The translations under genes and the position numbers were made by a program. The notes under the pieces are model-generated. The model saw only the letters and a program-made list of their open reading frames with translations, was not told where the DNA came from and made no database searches. DNA of 56,680 nucleotides from Nemertoderma westbladi (taxonomy: Eukaryota > Animalia > Xenacoelomorpha): positions 1 through 56,680 of the forward strand of contig JAUCBJ010000275.1 in NCBI GenBank assembly GCA_032718475.1. Direction: 5' to 3'. The stretch's first letter is position 1; the number at the start of each line of letters is the position of its first letter. Below, one piece after another: positions 15,101 to 30,100 of the stretch.

Positions 15101-18100
15101 ATTAACTCAGCAGGCCTTGTATTACTGCGGCCTTGGTATAATAAACAAACTGATTAACTCAGCAGGCCTTGTATTACGGCGGCCTTGGTATAATAAACAA
15201 ACTGATTAACTCAGCAGGCCTTGTATTACGGCGGCCTTGGTATAATAAACAAACTGATTAACTCAGCAGGCCTTGTATTACGGCGGCCTTGGTATAATAA
15301 ACAAACTGATTAACTCAGCAGGCCTTGTATTACTGCGGCCTTGGTATAATAAACAAACTGATTAACTCAGCAGGCCTTGTATTACGGCGGCCTTGGTATA
15401 ATAAACAAACTGATTAACTCAGCAGGCCTTGAATTACGGCGGCCTTGGTATAATAAACAAACTGATTAACTCAGCAGGCCTTGTATTACGGCGGCCTTGG
15501 TATAATAAACAAACTGATTAACTCAGCAGGCCTTGTATTACGGCGGCCTTGGTATAATAAACAAACTGATTAACTCAGCAGGCCTTGTATTACTGCGGCC
15601 TTGGTATAATAAACAAACTGATTAACTCAGCAGGCCTTGTATTACGGCGGCCTTGGTATAATAAACAAACTGATTAACTCAGCAGGCCTTGTATTACGGC
15701 GACCTTGGTATAATAAACAAACTGATTAACTCAGCAGGCCTTGTATTACGGCGGCCTTGGTATAATAAACAAACTGATTAACTCAGCAGGCCTTGTATTA
15801 CTGCGGCCTTGGTATAAGAAACAAACTGATCAACTCAGCAGGCCTTGTATTACGGCGGCCTTGGTATAATAAACAGACTGATTAACTCAGCAGGCCTTGT
15901 ATTGCGGCGGCCTTGGTATAATAAACAAACTGATTAACTCAGCAGGCCTTGTATTACGGCGGCCTTGGTATAATAAACAAACTTATTAACTCAGCAGGCC
16001 TTGTATTACGGCGGCCTTGGTATAATAAACAAACTGATTAACTCAGCAGGCCTTGTATTACGGCGGCCTTGGTATAATAAACAAACTGATTAACTCAGCA
16101 GGCCTTGTATTACGGCGACCTTGGTATAATAAACAAACTGATTAACTCAGCAGGCCTTGTATTACGGCGGCCTTGGTATAATAAACAAACTGATTAACTC
16201 AGCAGGCCTTGTATTACTGCGGCCTTGGTATAAGAAACAAACTGATCAACTCAGCAGGCCTTGTATTACGGCGGCCTTGGTATAATAAACAGACTGATTA
16301 ACTCAGCAGGCCTTGTATTGCGGCGGCCTTGGTATAATAAACAAACTGATTAACTCAGCAGGCCTTGTATTACGGCGGCCTTGGTATAATAAACAAACTT
16401 ATTAACTCAGCAGGCCTTGTATTACGGCGGCCTTGGTATAATAAACAAACTGATTAACTCAGCAGGCCTTGTATTACGGCGACCTTGGTATAATAAACAA
16501 ACTGATTAACTCAGCAGGCCTTGTATTACTGCGACCTTGGTATAATAAACAAACTGATTAACTCAGCAGGCCTTGTATTACTGCGGCCTTGGTATAATAA
16601 ACAAACTGATTATCTCAGCAGGCCTTTTATTACTGCGGCCTTGGTATAATAAACAAACTGATTAACTCAGCAGGCCTTGTATTACGGCGGCCTTGGTATA
16701 ATAAACAAACTGATTATCTCAGCAGGCCTTGTATTACGGCGGCCTTGGTATAATAAACAAACTGATTAACTCAGCAGGCCTTGTATTACTGCGGCCTTGG
16801 TATAATAAACAAACTGATTAACTCAGCAGGCCTTGTATTACGGCGGCCTTGGTATAATAAACAAACTGATTAACTCAGCAGGCCTTGTATTACGGCGGCC
16901 TTGGTATAATAAACAAACTGATTAACTCAGCAGGCCTTGTATTACGGCGGCCTTGGTATAATAAACAAACTGATTAACTCAGCAGGCCTTGTATTACGGC
17001 GGCCTTGGTATAATAAACAAACTGATTAACTCAGCAGGCCTTGTGTTACGGCGGCCTTGGTATAATAAACAAACTGATTAACTCAGCAGGCCTTGTATTA
17101 CTGCGGCCTTGGTATAATAAACAAACTGATTAACTCAGCAGGCCTTGTGTTACGGCGACCTTGGTATAATAAACAAACTGATTAACTCAGCAGGCCTTGT
17201 ATTACGGCGGCCTTGGTATAATAAACAAACTGATTAACTCAGCAGGCCTTGTATTACTGCGGCCTTGGTATAATAAACAAACTTATTAACTCAGCAGGCC
17301 TTGTATTACTGCGGCCTTGGTATAATAAACAGACTGATTAACTCAGCAGGCCTTGTATTGCGGCGGCCTTGGTATAATAAACAAACTGATTAACTCAGCA
17401 GGCCTTGTATTACTGCGGCCTTGGTATAATAAACAAACTGATTAACTCAGCAGGCCTTGTATTACTGCGGCCTTGGTATAATAAACAAACTGATTAACTC
17501 AGCAGGCCTTGTATTACGGCGGCCTTGGTATAATAAACAAACTGATTAACTCAGCAGGCCTTGAATTACGGCGGCCTTGGTATAATAAACAAACTGATTA
17601 ACTCAGCAGGCCTTGTATTACGGCGGCCTTGGTATAATAAACAAACTGATTAACTCAGCAGGCCTTGTATTACGGCGGCCTTGGTATAATAAACAAACTG
17701 ATTAACTCAGCAGGCCTTGTATTACTGCGGCCTTGGTATAATAAACAAACTGATTAACTCAGCAGGCCTTGTATTACGGCGGCCTTGGTATAATAAACAA
17801 ACTGATTAACTCAGCAGGCCTTGTATTACGGCGACCTTGGTATAATAAACAAACTGATTAACTCAGCAGGCCTTGTATTACGGCGGCCTTGGTATAATAA
17901 ACAAACTGATTAACTCAGCAGGCCTTGTATTACTGCGGCCTTGGTATAAGAAACAAACTGATCAACTCAGCAGGCCTTGTATTACGGCGGCCTTGGTATA
18001 ATAAACAGACTGATTAACTCAGCAGGCCTTGTATTGCGGCGGCCTTGGTATAATAAACAAACTGATTAACTCAGCAGGCCTTGTATTACGGCGGCCTTGG

Positions 18101-21100
18101 TATAATAAACAAACTTATTAACTCAGCAGGCCTTGTATTACGGCGGCCTTGGTATAATAAACAAACTGATTAACTCAGCAGGCCTTGTATTACTGCGGCC
18201 TTGGTATAATAAACAAACTTATTAACTCAGCAGGCCTTGTATTACTGCGGCCTTGGTATAATAAACAAACTGATTAACTCAGCAGGCCTTGTATTACTGC
18301 GGCCTTGGTATAATAAACAAACTGATTAACTCAGCAGGCCTTGTATTACGGCGGCTTTGGTATAATAAACAAACTGATTAACTCACCAGGCCTTGTATTA
18401 CGGCGGCCTTGGTATAATAAACAAACTGATTATCTCAGCAGGCCTTTTATTACTGCGGCCTTGGTATAATAAACAAACTGATTAACTCAGCAGGCCTTGT
18501 ATTACTGCGGCCTTGGTATAATAAACAAACTGATTATCTCAGCAGGCCTTTTATTACTGCGGCCTTGGTATAATAAACAAACTGATTAACTCAGCAGGCC
18601 TTGTATTACGGCGTCCTTGGTATAATAAACAAACTGATTAACTCAGCAGGCCTTGTATTACTGCGGCCTTGGTATAATAAACAAACTGATTAACTCAGCA
18701 GGCCTTGTATTACGGCGGCCTTGGTATAATAAACAAACTGATTAACTCAGCAGGCCTTGTATTACGGCGGCCTTGGTATAATAAACAAACTGATTAACTC
18801 AGCAGGCCTTGTATTACTGCGGCCTTGGTATAATAAACAAACTGATTAACTCAGCAGGCCTTGTATTACTGCGACCTTGGTATAATAAACAAACTGATTA
18901 ACTCAGCAGGCCTTGTATTACGGCGACCTTGGTATAATAAACAAACTGATTAACTCAGCAGCCTTGTATTAATGCGGCCTTGGTATAATAAACAAACTGA
19001 TTAATTCAGCAGGCCTTGTATTACTGCGGCCTTGGTATAATAAACAAACTGATTAACTCAGCAGGCCTTGTATTACGGCGACCTTGGTATAATAAACAAA
19101 CTGATTAACTCAGCAGGCCTTGTATTACTGCGGCCTTGGTATAATAAACAAACTGATTAACTCAGCAGGCCTTGTATTACGGCGGCCTTGGTATAATAAA
19201 CAAACTGATTAACTCAGCAGGCCTTGTATTACTGCGGCCTTGGTATAATAAACAAACTGATTAACTCAGCAGGCCTTGTATTACTGTGGCCTTGGTATAA
19301 TAAACAAACTGATTAACTCAGCAGGCCTTGTATTACGGCGACCTTGGTATAATAAACAAACTGATTAACTCAGCAGCCTTGTATTAATGCGGCCTTGGTA
19401 TAATAAACAAACTGATTAACTCAGCAGGCCTTGTATTACTGCGGCCTTGGTATAATAAACAAACTGATTAACTCAGCAGGCCTTGTGTTACTGCGGCATT
19501 GGTATAATAAAGAAACTTATTAACTCAGCAGGCCTTGTATTACTGCGGCCTTGGTATAATAAACAAACTTATTAACTCAGCAGGCCTTGTATTACTGCGG
19601 CCTTGGTATAATAAACAAACTTATTAACTCAGCAGGCCTTGTATTACTGCGGCCTTGGTATAATAAACAAACTTATTAACTCAGCAGGCCTTGTGTTACT
19701 GCGGCATTGGTATAATAAACAAACTGATTAACTCAGCAGGCCTTGTATTACTGCGGCCTTGGTATAATAAACAAACTTATTAACTCAGCAGGCCTTGTAT
19801 TACTACGGCCTTGGTATAATAAACAAACTTATTAACTCAGCAGGCCTTGTATTACTGCGGCCTTGGTATAATAAACAAACTGATTAACTCAGCAGGCCTT
19901 GTATTACTGCGGCCTTGGTATAATAAACAAACTGATTAACTCAGCAGGCCTTGTATTACGGCGGCCTTGGTATAATAAACAAACTGATTAACTCAGCAGG
20001 CCTTGTATTACTGCGGCCTTGGTATAATAACAAACTGATTAACTCAGCAGGCCTTGTATTACTGCGGCCTTGGTATAATAAACAAACTGATTAACTCAGC
20101 AGGCCTTGTATTACTGCGGCCTTGGTATAATAAACAAACTGATTAACTCAGCAGGCCTTGTATTACGGCGGCCTTGGTATAATAAACAAACTGATTAACT
20201 CAGCAGGCCTTGTATTACGGCGGCCTTGGTATAATAAACAAACTGATTAACTCAGCAGGCCTTGTATTACGGCGGCCTTGGTATAATAAACAAACTGATT
20301 AACTCAGCAGGCCTTGTATTACTGCGGCCTTGGTATAATAAACAAACTGATTAACTCAGCAGGCCTTGTATTACGGCGGCCTTGGTATAATAAACAAACT
20401 GATTAACTCAGCAGGCCTTGTATTACGGCGGCTTTGGTATAATAAACAAACTGATTAACTCAGCAGGCCTTGTATTACGGCGGCCTTGGTATAATAAACA
20501 AACTGATTAACTCAGCAGGCCTTGTATTACTGCGGCCTTGGTATAATAAACAAACTGATTAACTCAGCAGGCCTTGTATTACTGCGGCCTTGGTATAATA
20601 AACAAACTGATTAACTCAGCAGGCCTTGTATTACGGCGGCCTTGGTATAATAAACAAACTGATTAACTCAGCAGGCCTTGTATTACTGCGGCCTTGGTAT
20701 AATAAACAAACTGATTAACTCAGCAGGCCTTGTATTACGGCGGCCTTGGTATAATAAACAAACTGATTAACTCAGCAGGCCTTGTATTACGGCGGCCTTG
20801 GTATAATAAACAAACTGATTAACTCAGCAGGCCTTGTATTACGGCGGCCTTGGTATAATAAACAAACTGATTAACTCAGCAGGCCTTGTATTACTGCGGC
20901 CTTGGTATAATAAACAAACTGATTAACTCAGCAGGCCTTGTATTACGGCGGCCTTGGTATAATAAACAAACTGATTAACTCAGCAGGCCTTGTATTACGG
21001 CGGCCTTGGTATAATAAACAAACTGATTAACTCAGCAGGCCTTGTATTACTGCGGCCTTGGTATAATAAACAAACTGATTAACTCAGCAGGCCTTGTATT

Positions 21101-24100
21101 ACGGCGGCCTTGGTATAATAAACAAACTGATTATCTCAGCAGGCCTTTTATTACTGCGGCCTTGGTATAATAAACAAACTGATTAACTCAGCAGGCCTTG
21201 TATTACTGCGGCCTTGGTATAATAAACAAACTGATTAACTCAGCAGGCCTTGTATTACGGCGGCCTTGGTATAATAAACAAACTGATTAACTCAGCAGGC
21301 CTTGTATTACGGCGGCCTTGTTATAATAAACAAACTGATTAACTCAGCAGGCTTTGTATTACTACGGCCTTGGTATAATAAACAAACTTATTAACTCACC
21401 AGGCCTTGTATTACTACGGCCTTGGTATAATAAACAAACTGATTAACTCAGCAGGCCTTGTATTACGGCGGCCTTGGTATAATAAACAAACTGATTAACT
21501 CAGCAGGCCTTGTATTACTGCGGCCTTGGTATAATAAACAAACTGATTAACTCAGCAGGCCTTGTATTACTGCGGCCTTGGTATAATAAACAAACTGATT
21601 AACTCAGCAGGCCTTGTATTACTGCGGCCTTGGTATAATAAACAAACTGATTAACTCAGCAGGCCTTGTATTACGGCGGCCTTGGTATAATAAACAAACT
21701 GATTAACTCAGCAGGCCTTGTATTACGGCGGCCTTGGTATAATAAACAAACTGATTAACTCAGCAGGCCTTGTATTACGGCGGCCTTGGTATAATAAACA
21801 AACTGATTAACTCAGCAGGCCTTGTATTACGGCGGCCTTGGTATAATAAACAAACTGATTAACTCAGCAGGCCTTGTATTACGGCGGCCTTGGTATAATA
21901 AACAAACTGATTAACTCAGCAGGCCTTGTATTACGGCGGCCTTGGTATAATAAACAAACTGATTAACTCAGCAGGCCTTGTATTACGGCGACCTTGGTAT
22001 AATAAACAAACTGATTAACTCAGCAGGCCTTGTATTACGGCGGCCTTGGTATAATAAACAAACTGATTAACTCAGCAGGCCTTGTATTACTGCGGCCTTG
22101 GTATAAGAAACAAACTGATCAACTCAGCAGGCCTTGTATTACGGCGGCCTTGGTATAATAAACAGACTGATTAACTCAGCAGGCCTTGTATTGCGGCGGC
22201 CTTGGTATAATAAACAAACTGATTAACTCAGCAGGCCTTGTATTACGGCGTCCTTGGTATAATAAACAAACTTATTAACTCAGCAGGCCTTGTATTACGG
22301 CGGCCTTGGTATAATAAACAAACTGATTAACTCAGCAGGCCTTGTATTACTGCGGCCTTGGTATAATAAACAAACTTATTAACTCAGCAGGCCTTGTATT
22401 ACTGCGGCCTTGGTATAATAAACAAACTGATTAACTCAGCAGGCCTTGTATTACTGCGGCCTTGGTATAATAAACAAACTGATTAACTCAGCAGGCCTTG
22501 TATTACGGCGGCCTTGGTATAATAAACAAACTGATTAACTCACCAGGCCTTGTATTACGGCGGCCTTGGTATAATAAACAAACTGATTATCTCAGCAGGC
22601 CTTTTATTACTGCGGCCTTGGTATAATAAACAAACTGATTAACTCAGCAGGCCTTGTATTACGGCGGCCTTGGTATAATAAACAAACTGATTAACTCAGC
22701 AGGCCTTGTATTACGGCGGCCTTGGTATAATAAACAAACTGATTAACTCAGCAGGCCTTGTATTACTGCGGCCTTGGTATAATAAACAAACTGATTAACT
22801 CAGCAGGCCTTGTATTACTGCGGCCTTGGTATAATAAACAAACTGATTATCTCAGCAGGCCTTTTATTACTGCGGCCTTGGTATAATAAACAAACTGATT
22901 AACTCAGCAGGCCTTGTATTACTGCGGCCTTGGCATAATAAACAAACTGATTAACTCACCAGGCCTTGTATTACGGCGGCCTTGGTATAATAAACAAACT
23001 GATTATCTCAGCAGGCCTTTTATTACTGCGGCCTTGGTATAATAAACAAACTGATTAACTCAGCAGGCCTTGTATTACGGCGGCCTTGGTATAATAAACA
23101 AACTGATTAACTCAGCAGGCCTTGTATTACTGCGGCCTTGGTATAATAAACAAACTGATTAACTCAGCAGGCCTTGTATTACGGCGGCCTTGGTATAATA
23201 AACAAACTGCTTAACTCAGCAGGCCTTGTATTACGGCGGCCTTGGTATAATAAACAAACTGATTAACTCAGCAGGCCTTGTATTACGGCGGCCTTGGTAT
23301 AATAAACAAACTGATTAACTCAGCAGGCCTTGTATTACGGCGGCCTTGGTATAATAAACAAACTGATTAACTCAGCAGGCCTTGTGTTACGGCGGCCTTG
23401 GTATAATAAACAAACTGATTAACTCAGCAGGCCTTGTATTACTGCGGCCTTGGTATAATAAACAAACTGATTAACTCAGCAGGCCTTGTGTTACGGGGCC
23501 TTGGTATAATAAACAAACTGATTAACTCAGCAGGCCTTGTATTACGGCGGCCTTGGTATAATAAACAAACTGATTAACTCAGCAGGCCTTGTATTACGGC
23601 GGCCTTGGTATAATAAACAAACTGATTAACTCAGCAGGCCTTGTATTACGGCGGCCTTGGTATAATAAACAAACTGATTAACTCAGCAGGCCTTGTGTTA
23701 CGGCGGCCTTGGTATAATAAACAAACTGATTAACTCAGCAGGCCTTGTATTACTGCGGCCTTGGTATAATAAACAAACTGATTAACTCAGCAGGCCTTGT
23801 ATTACTGCGGCCTTGGTATAATAAACAAACTGATTATCTCAGCAGGCCTTGTATTACTGCGGCCTTGGTATAATAAACAAACTGATTAACTCAGCAGGCC
23901 TTGTATTACTGCGGCCTTGGTATAATAAACAAACTGATTAACTCAACAGGCCTTTTATTACTGCGGCCTTGGTATAATAAACAAACTGATTAACTCAGCA
24001 GGCCTTTTATTACTGCGGCCTTGGTATAATAAACAAACTGATTAACTCAGCAGGCCTTGTATTACTGCGGCCTTGGTATAATAAACAAACTGATTAACTC

Positions 24101-27100
24101 AGCAGGCCTTGTATTACGGCGGCCTTGGTATAATAAACAAACTGATTAACTCAGCAGGCCTTGTATTACGGCGGCCTTGGTATAATAAACAAACTGATTA
24201 ACTCAGCAGGCCTTGTATTTCGGCGGCCTTGGTATAATAAACAAACTGATTAACTCAGCAGGCCTTGTATTTCGGCGGCCTTGGTATAATAAACAAACTG
24301 ATTAACTCAGCAGGCCTTGTATTACGGCGACCTTGGTATAATAAACAAACTGATTAACTCAGCAGCCTTGTATTAATGCGGCCTTGGTATAATAAACAAA
24401 CTGATTAACTCAGCAGGCCTTGTATTACTGCGGCCTTGGTATAATAAACAAACTGATTAACTCAGCAGGCCTTGTATTACTGCGGCCTTGGTATAATAAA
24501 CAAACTGATTAACTCAGCAGGCCTTGTATTACGGCGGCCTTGGTATAATAAACAAACTGATTAACTCAGCAGGCCTTGTATTAATGCGGCCTTGGTATAA
24601 TAAACAAACTGATTAACTCAGCAGGCCTTGTATTACTGCGGCCTTGGTATAATAAACAAACTGATTAACTCAGCAGGCCTTGTATTACGGCGGCCTTGGT
24701 ATAATAAACAAACTGATTAACTCAGCAGGCCTTGTATTACTGCGGCCTTGGTATAATAAACAAACTGATTAACTCAGCAGGCCTTGTATTACTGCGGCCT
24801 TGGTATAATAAACAAACTGATTAACTCAGCAGGCCTTGTATTACTGCGGCCTTGGTATAATAACAAACTGATTAACTCAGCAGGCCTTGTATTACGGCGG
24901 CCTTGGTATAATAAACAAACTGATTAACTCAGCAGGCCTTGTATTACTGCGGCCTTGGTATAATAAACAAACTGATTAACTCAGCAGGCCTTGTATTACT
25001 GCGGCCTTGGTATAATAAACAAACTGATTAACTCAGCAGGCCTTGTATTACTGCGGCCTTGGTATAATAAACAAACTGATTAACTCAGCAGGCCTTGTGT
25101 TACGGCGGCCTTGGTATAATAAACAAACTGATTAACTCAGCAGGCCTTGTATTACTGCGGCCTTGGTATAATAAACAAACTGATTAACTCAGCAGGCCTT
25201 GTGTTACGGCGGCCTTGGTATAATAAACAAACTGATTAACTCAGCAGGCCTTGTATTACTGCGGCCTTGGTATAATAAACAAACTGATTAACTCAGCAGG
25301 CCTTGTGTTACGGGGCCTTGGTATAATAAACAAACTGATTAACTCAGCAGGCCTTGTATTACGGCGGCCTTGGTATAATAAACAAACTGATTAACTCAGC
25401 AGGCCTTGTATTACGGCGGCCTTGGTATAATAAACAAACTGATTAACTCAGCAGGCCTTGTATTACGGCGGCCTTGGTATAATAAACAAACTGATTAACT
25501 CAGCAGGCCTTGTGTTACGGCGGCCTTGGTATAATAAACAAACTGATTAACTCAGCAGGCCTTGTATTACTGCGGCCTTGGTATAATAAACAAACTGATT
25601 AACTCAGCAGGCCTTGTATTACTGCGGCCTTGGTATAATAAACAAACTGATTATCTCAGCAGGCCTTGTATTACTGCGGCCTTGGTATAATAAACAAACT
25701 GATTAACTCAGCAGGCCTTGTATTACTGCGGCCTTGGTATAATAAACAAACTGATTAACTCAGCAGGCCTTTTATTACTGCGGCCTTGGTATAATAAACA
25801 AACTGATTAACTCAGCAGGCCTTTTATTACTGCGGCCTTGGTATAATAAACAAACTGATTAACTCAGCAGGCCTTGTATTACTGCGGCCTTGGTATAATA
25901 AACAAACTGATTAACTCAGCAGGCCTTGTATTACGGCGGCCTTGGTATAATAAACAAACTGATTAACTCAGCAGGCCTTGTATTACGGCGGCCTTGGTAT
26001 AATAAACAAACTGATTAACTCAGCAGGCCTTGTATTTCGGCGGCCTTGGTATAATAAACAAACTGATTAACTCAGCAGGCCTTGTATTTCGGCGGCCTTG
26101 GTATAATAAACAAACTGATTAACTCAGCAGGCCTTGTATTATGGCGACCTTGGTATAATAAACAAACTGATTAACTCAGCAGCCTTGTATTAATGCGGCC
26201 TTGGTATAATAAACAAACTGATTAACTCAGCAGGCCTTGTATTACTGCGGCCTTGGTATAATAAACAAACTGATTAACTCAGCAGGCCTTGTATTACTGC
26301 GGCCTTGGTATAATAAACAAACTGATTAACTCAGCAGGCCTTGTATTACGGCGGCCTTGGTATAATAAACAAACTGATTAACTCAGCAGGCCTTGTATTA
26401 ATGCGGCCTTGGTATAATAAACAAACTGATTAACTCAGCAGGCCTTGTATTACTGCGGCCTTGGTATAATAAACAAACTGATTAACTCAGCAGGCCTTGT
26501 ATTACGGCGGCCTTGGTATAATAAACAAACTGATTAACTCAGCAGGCCTTGTATTACTGCGGCCTTGGTATAATAAACAAACTGATTAACTCAGCAGGCC
26601 TTGTATTACTGCGGCCTTGGTATAATAAACAAACTGATTAACTCAGCAGGCCTTGTATTACGGCGGCCTTGGTATAATAAACAAACTGATTAACTCAGCA
26701 GGCCTTGTATTACGGCGGCCTTGGTATAATAAACAAACTGATTAACTCAGCAGGCCTTGTATTACGGCGGCCTTGGTATAATAAACAAACTGATTAACTC
26801 AGCAGGCCTTGTATTACTGCGGCCTTGGTATAATAAACAAACTGATTAACTCAGCAGGCCTTGTATTACGGCGGCCTTGGTATAATAAACAAACTGATTA
26901 ACTCAGCAGGCCTTGTATTACTGCGGCCTTGGTATAATAAACAAACTGATTAACTCAGCAGGCCTTGTATTACTGCGGCCTTGGTATAATAAACAAACTG
27001 ATTAACTCAGCAGGCCTTGTATTACGGCGGCCTTGGTATAATAAACAAACTGATTAACTCAGCAGGCCTTGTATTACTGCGGCCTTGGTATAATAAACAA

Positions 27101-30100
27101 ACTGATTAACTCAGCAGGCCTTGTATTACTGCGGCCTTGGTATAATAAACAAACTGATTAACTCAGCAGGCCTTGTATTACGGCGGCCTTGGTATAATAA
27201 ACAAACTGATTAACTCAGCAGGCCTTGTATTACTGCGGCCTTGGTATAATAACAAACTGATTAACTCAGCAGGCCTTGTATTACGGCGGCCTTGGTATAA
27301 TAAACAAACTGATTAACTCAGCAGGCCTTGTATTACTGCGGCCTTGGTATAATAAACAAACTGATTAACTCAGCAGGCCTTGTATTACTGCGGCCTTGGT
27401 ATAATAAACAAACTGATTAACTCAGCAGGCCTTGTATTACTGCGGCCTTGGTATAATAAACAAACTGATTAACTCAGCAGGCCTTGTATTACTGCGGCCT
27501 TGGTATAATAAACAAACTGATTAACTCAGCAGGCCTTGTATTACTGCGGCCTTGGTATAATAAACAAACTGATTAACTCAGCAGGCCTTGTATTACTGCG
27601 GCCTTGGTATAATAAACAAACTTATTAACTCAGCAGGCCTTGTATTACTGCGGCCTTGGTATAATAAACAAACTTATTAACTCAGCAGGCCTTGTATTAC
27701 TGCGGCCTTGGTATAATAAACAAACTTATTAACTCAGCAGGCCTTGTATTACTGCGGCCTTGGTATAATAAACAAACTTATTAACTCAGCAGGCCTTGTG
27801 TTACTGCGGCATTGGTATAATAAACAAACTGATTAACTCAGCAGGCCTTGTATTACTGCGGCCTTGGTATAATAAACAAACTTATTAACTCAGCAGGCCT
27901 TGTATTACTACGGCCTTGGTATAATAAACAAACTTATTAACTCAGCAGGCCTTGTATTACTGCGGCCTTGGTATAATAAACAAACTGATTAACTCAGCAG
28001 GCCTTGTATTACTGCGGCCTTGGTATAATAAACAAACTGATTAACTCAGCAGGCCTTGTATTACGGCGGCCTTGGTATAATAAACAAACTGATTAACTCA
28101 GCAGGCCTTGTATTACTGCGGCCTTGGTATAATAACAAACTGATTAACTCAGCAGGCCTTGTATTACTGCGGCCTTGGTATAATAAACAAACTGATTAAC
28201 TCAGCAGGCCTTGTATTACTGCGGCCTTGGTATAATAAACAAACTGATTAACTCAGCAGGCCTTGTATTACGGCGGCCTTGGTATAATAAACAAACTGAT
28301 TAACTCAGCAGGCCTTGTATTACGGCGGCCTTGGTATAATAAACAAACTGATTAACTCAGCAGGCCTTGTATTACGGCGGCCTTGGTATAATAAACAAAC
28401 TGATTAACTCAGCAGGCCTTGTATTACTGCGGCCTTGGTATAATAAACAAACTGATTAACTCAGCAGGCCTTGTATTACGGCGGCCTTGGTATAATAAAC
28501 AAACTGATTAACTCAGCAGACCTTGTATTACGGCGGCCTTGGTATAATAAACAAACTGATTAACTCAGCAGGCCTTGTATCACGGCGGCCTTGGTATAAT
28601 AAACAAACTGATTAACTCAGCAGGCCTTGTATTACTGCGGCCTTGGTATAATAAACAAACTGATTAACTCAGCAGGCCTTGTATTACTGCGGCCTTGGTA
28701 TAATAAACAAACTGATTAACTCAGCAGGCCTTGTATTACGGCGGCCTTGGTATAATAAACAAACTGATTAACTCAGCAGGCCTTGTATTACTGCGGCCTT
28801 GGTATAATAAACAAACTGATTAACTCAGCAGGCCTTGTATTACGGCGGCCTTGGTATAATAAACAAACTGATTAACTCAGCAGGCCTTGTATTACGGCGG
28901 CCTTGGTATAATAAACAAACTGATTAACTCAGCAGGCCTTGTATTACGGCGGCCTTGGTATAATAAACAAACTGATTAACTCAGCAGGCCTTGTATTACT
29001 GCGGCCTTGGTATAATAAACAAACTGATTAACTCAGCAGGCCTTGTATTACGGCGGCCTTGGTATAATAAACAAACTGATTAACTCAGCAGGCCTTGTAT
29101 TACGGCGGCCTTGGTATAATAAACAAACTGATTAACTCAGCAGGCCTTGTATTACTGCGGCCTTGGTATAATAAACAAACTGATTAACTCAGCAGGCCTT
29201 GTATTACGGCGGCCTTGGTATAATAAACAAACTGATTATCTCAGCAGGCCTTTTATTACTGCGGCCTTGGTATAATAAACAAACTGATTAACTCAGCAGG
29301 CCTTGTATTACTGCGGCCTTGGTATAATAAACAAACTGATTAACTCAGCAGGCCTTGTATTACGGCGGCCTTGGTATAATAAACAAACTGATTAACTCAG
29401 CAGGCCTTGTATTACGGCGGCCTTGTTATAATAAACAAACTGATTAACTCAGCAGGCTTTGTATTACTACGGCCTTGGTATAATAAACAAACTTATTAAC
29501 TCAGCAGGCCTTGTATTACTACGGCCTTGGTATAATAAACAAACTGATTAACTCAGCAGGCCTTGTATTACGGCGGCCTTGGTATAATAAACAAACTGAT
29601 TAACTCAGCAGGCTTTGTATTACTACGGCCTTGGTATAATAAACAAACTTATTAACTCAGCAGGCCTTGTATTACTACGGCCTTGGTATAATAAACAAAC
29701 TGATTAACTCAGCAGGCCTTGTATTACGGCGGCCTTGGTATAATAAACAAACTGATTAACTCAGCAGGCCTTGTATTACGGCGGCCTTGGTATAATAAAC
29801 AAACTGATTAACTCAGCAGGCCTTGTATTACTGCGGCCTTGGTATAATAAACAAACTGATTAACTCAGCAGGCCTTGTATTACTGCGGCCTTGGTATAAT
29901 AAACAAACTGATTAACTCAGCAGGCCTTGTATTACTGCGGCCTTGGTATAATAAACAAACTGATTAACTCAGCAGGCCTTGTATTACGGCGGCCTTGGTA
30001 TAATAAACAAACTGATTAACTCAGCAGGCCTTGTATTACGGCGGCCTTGGTATAATAAACAAACTGATTAACTCAGCAGGCCTTGTATTACGGCGGCCTT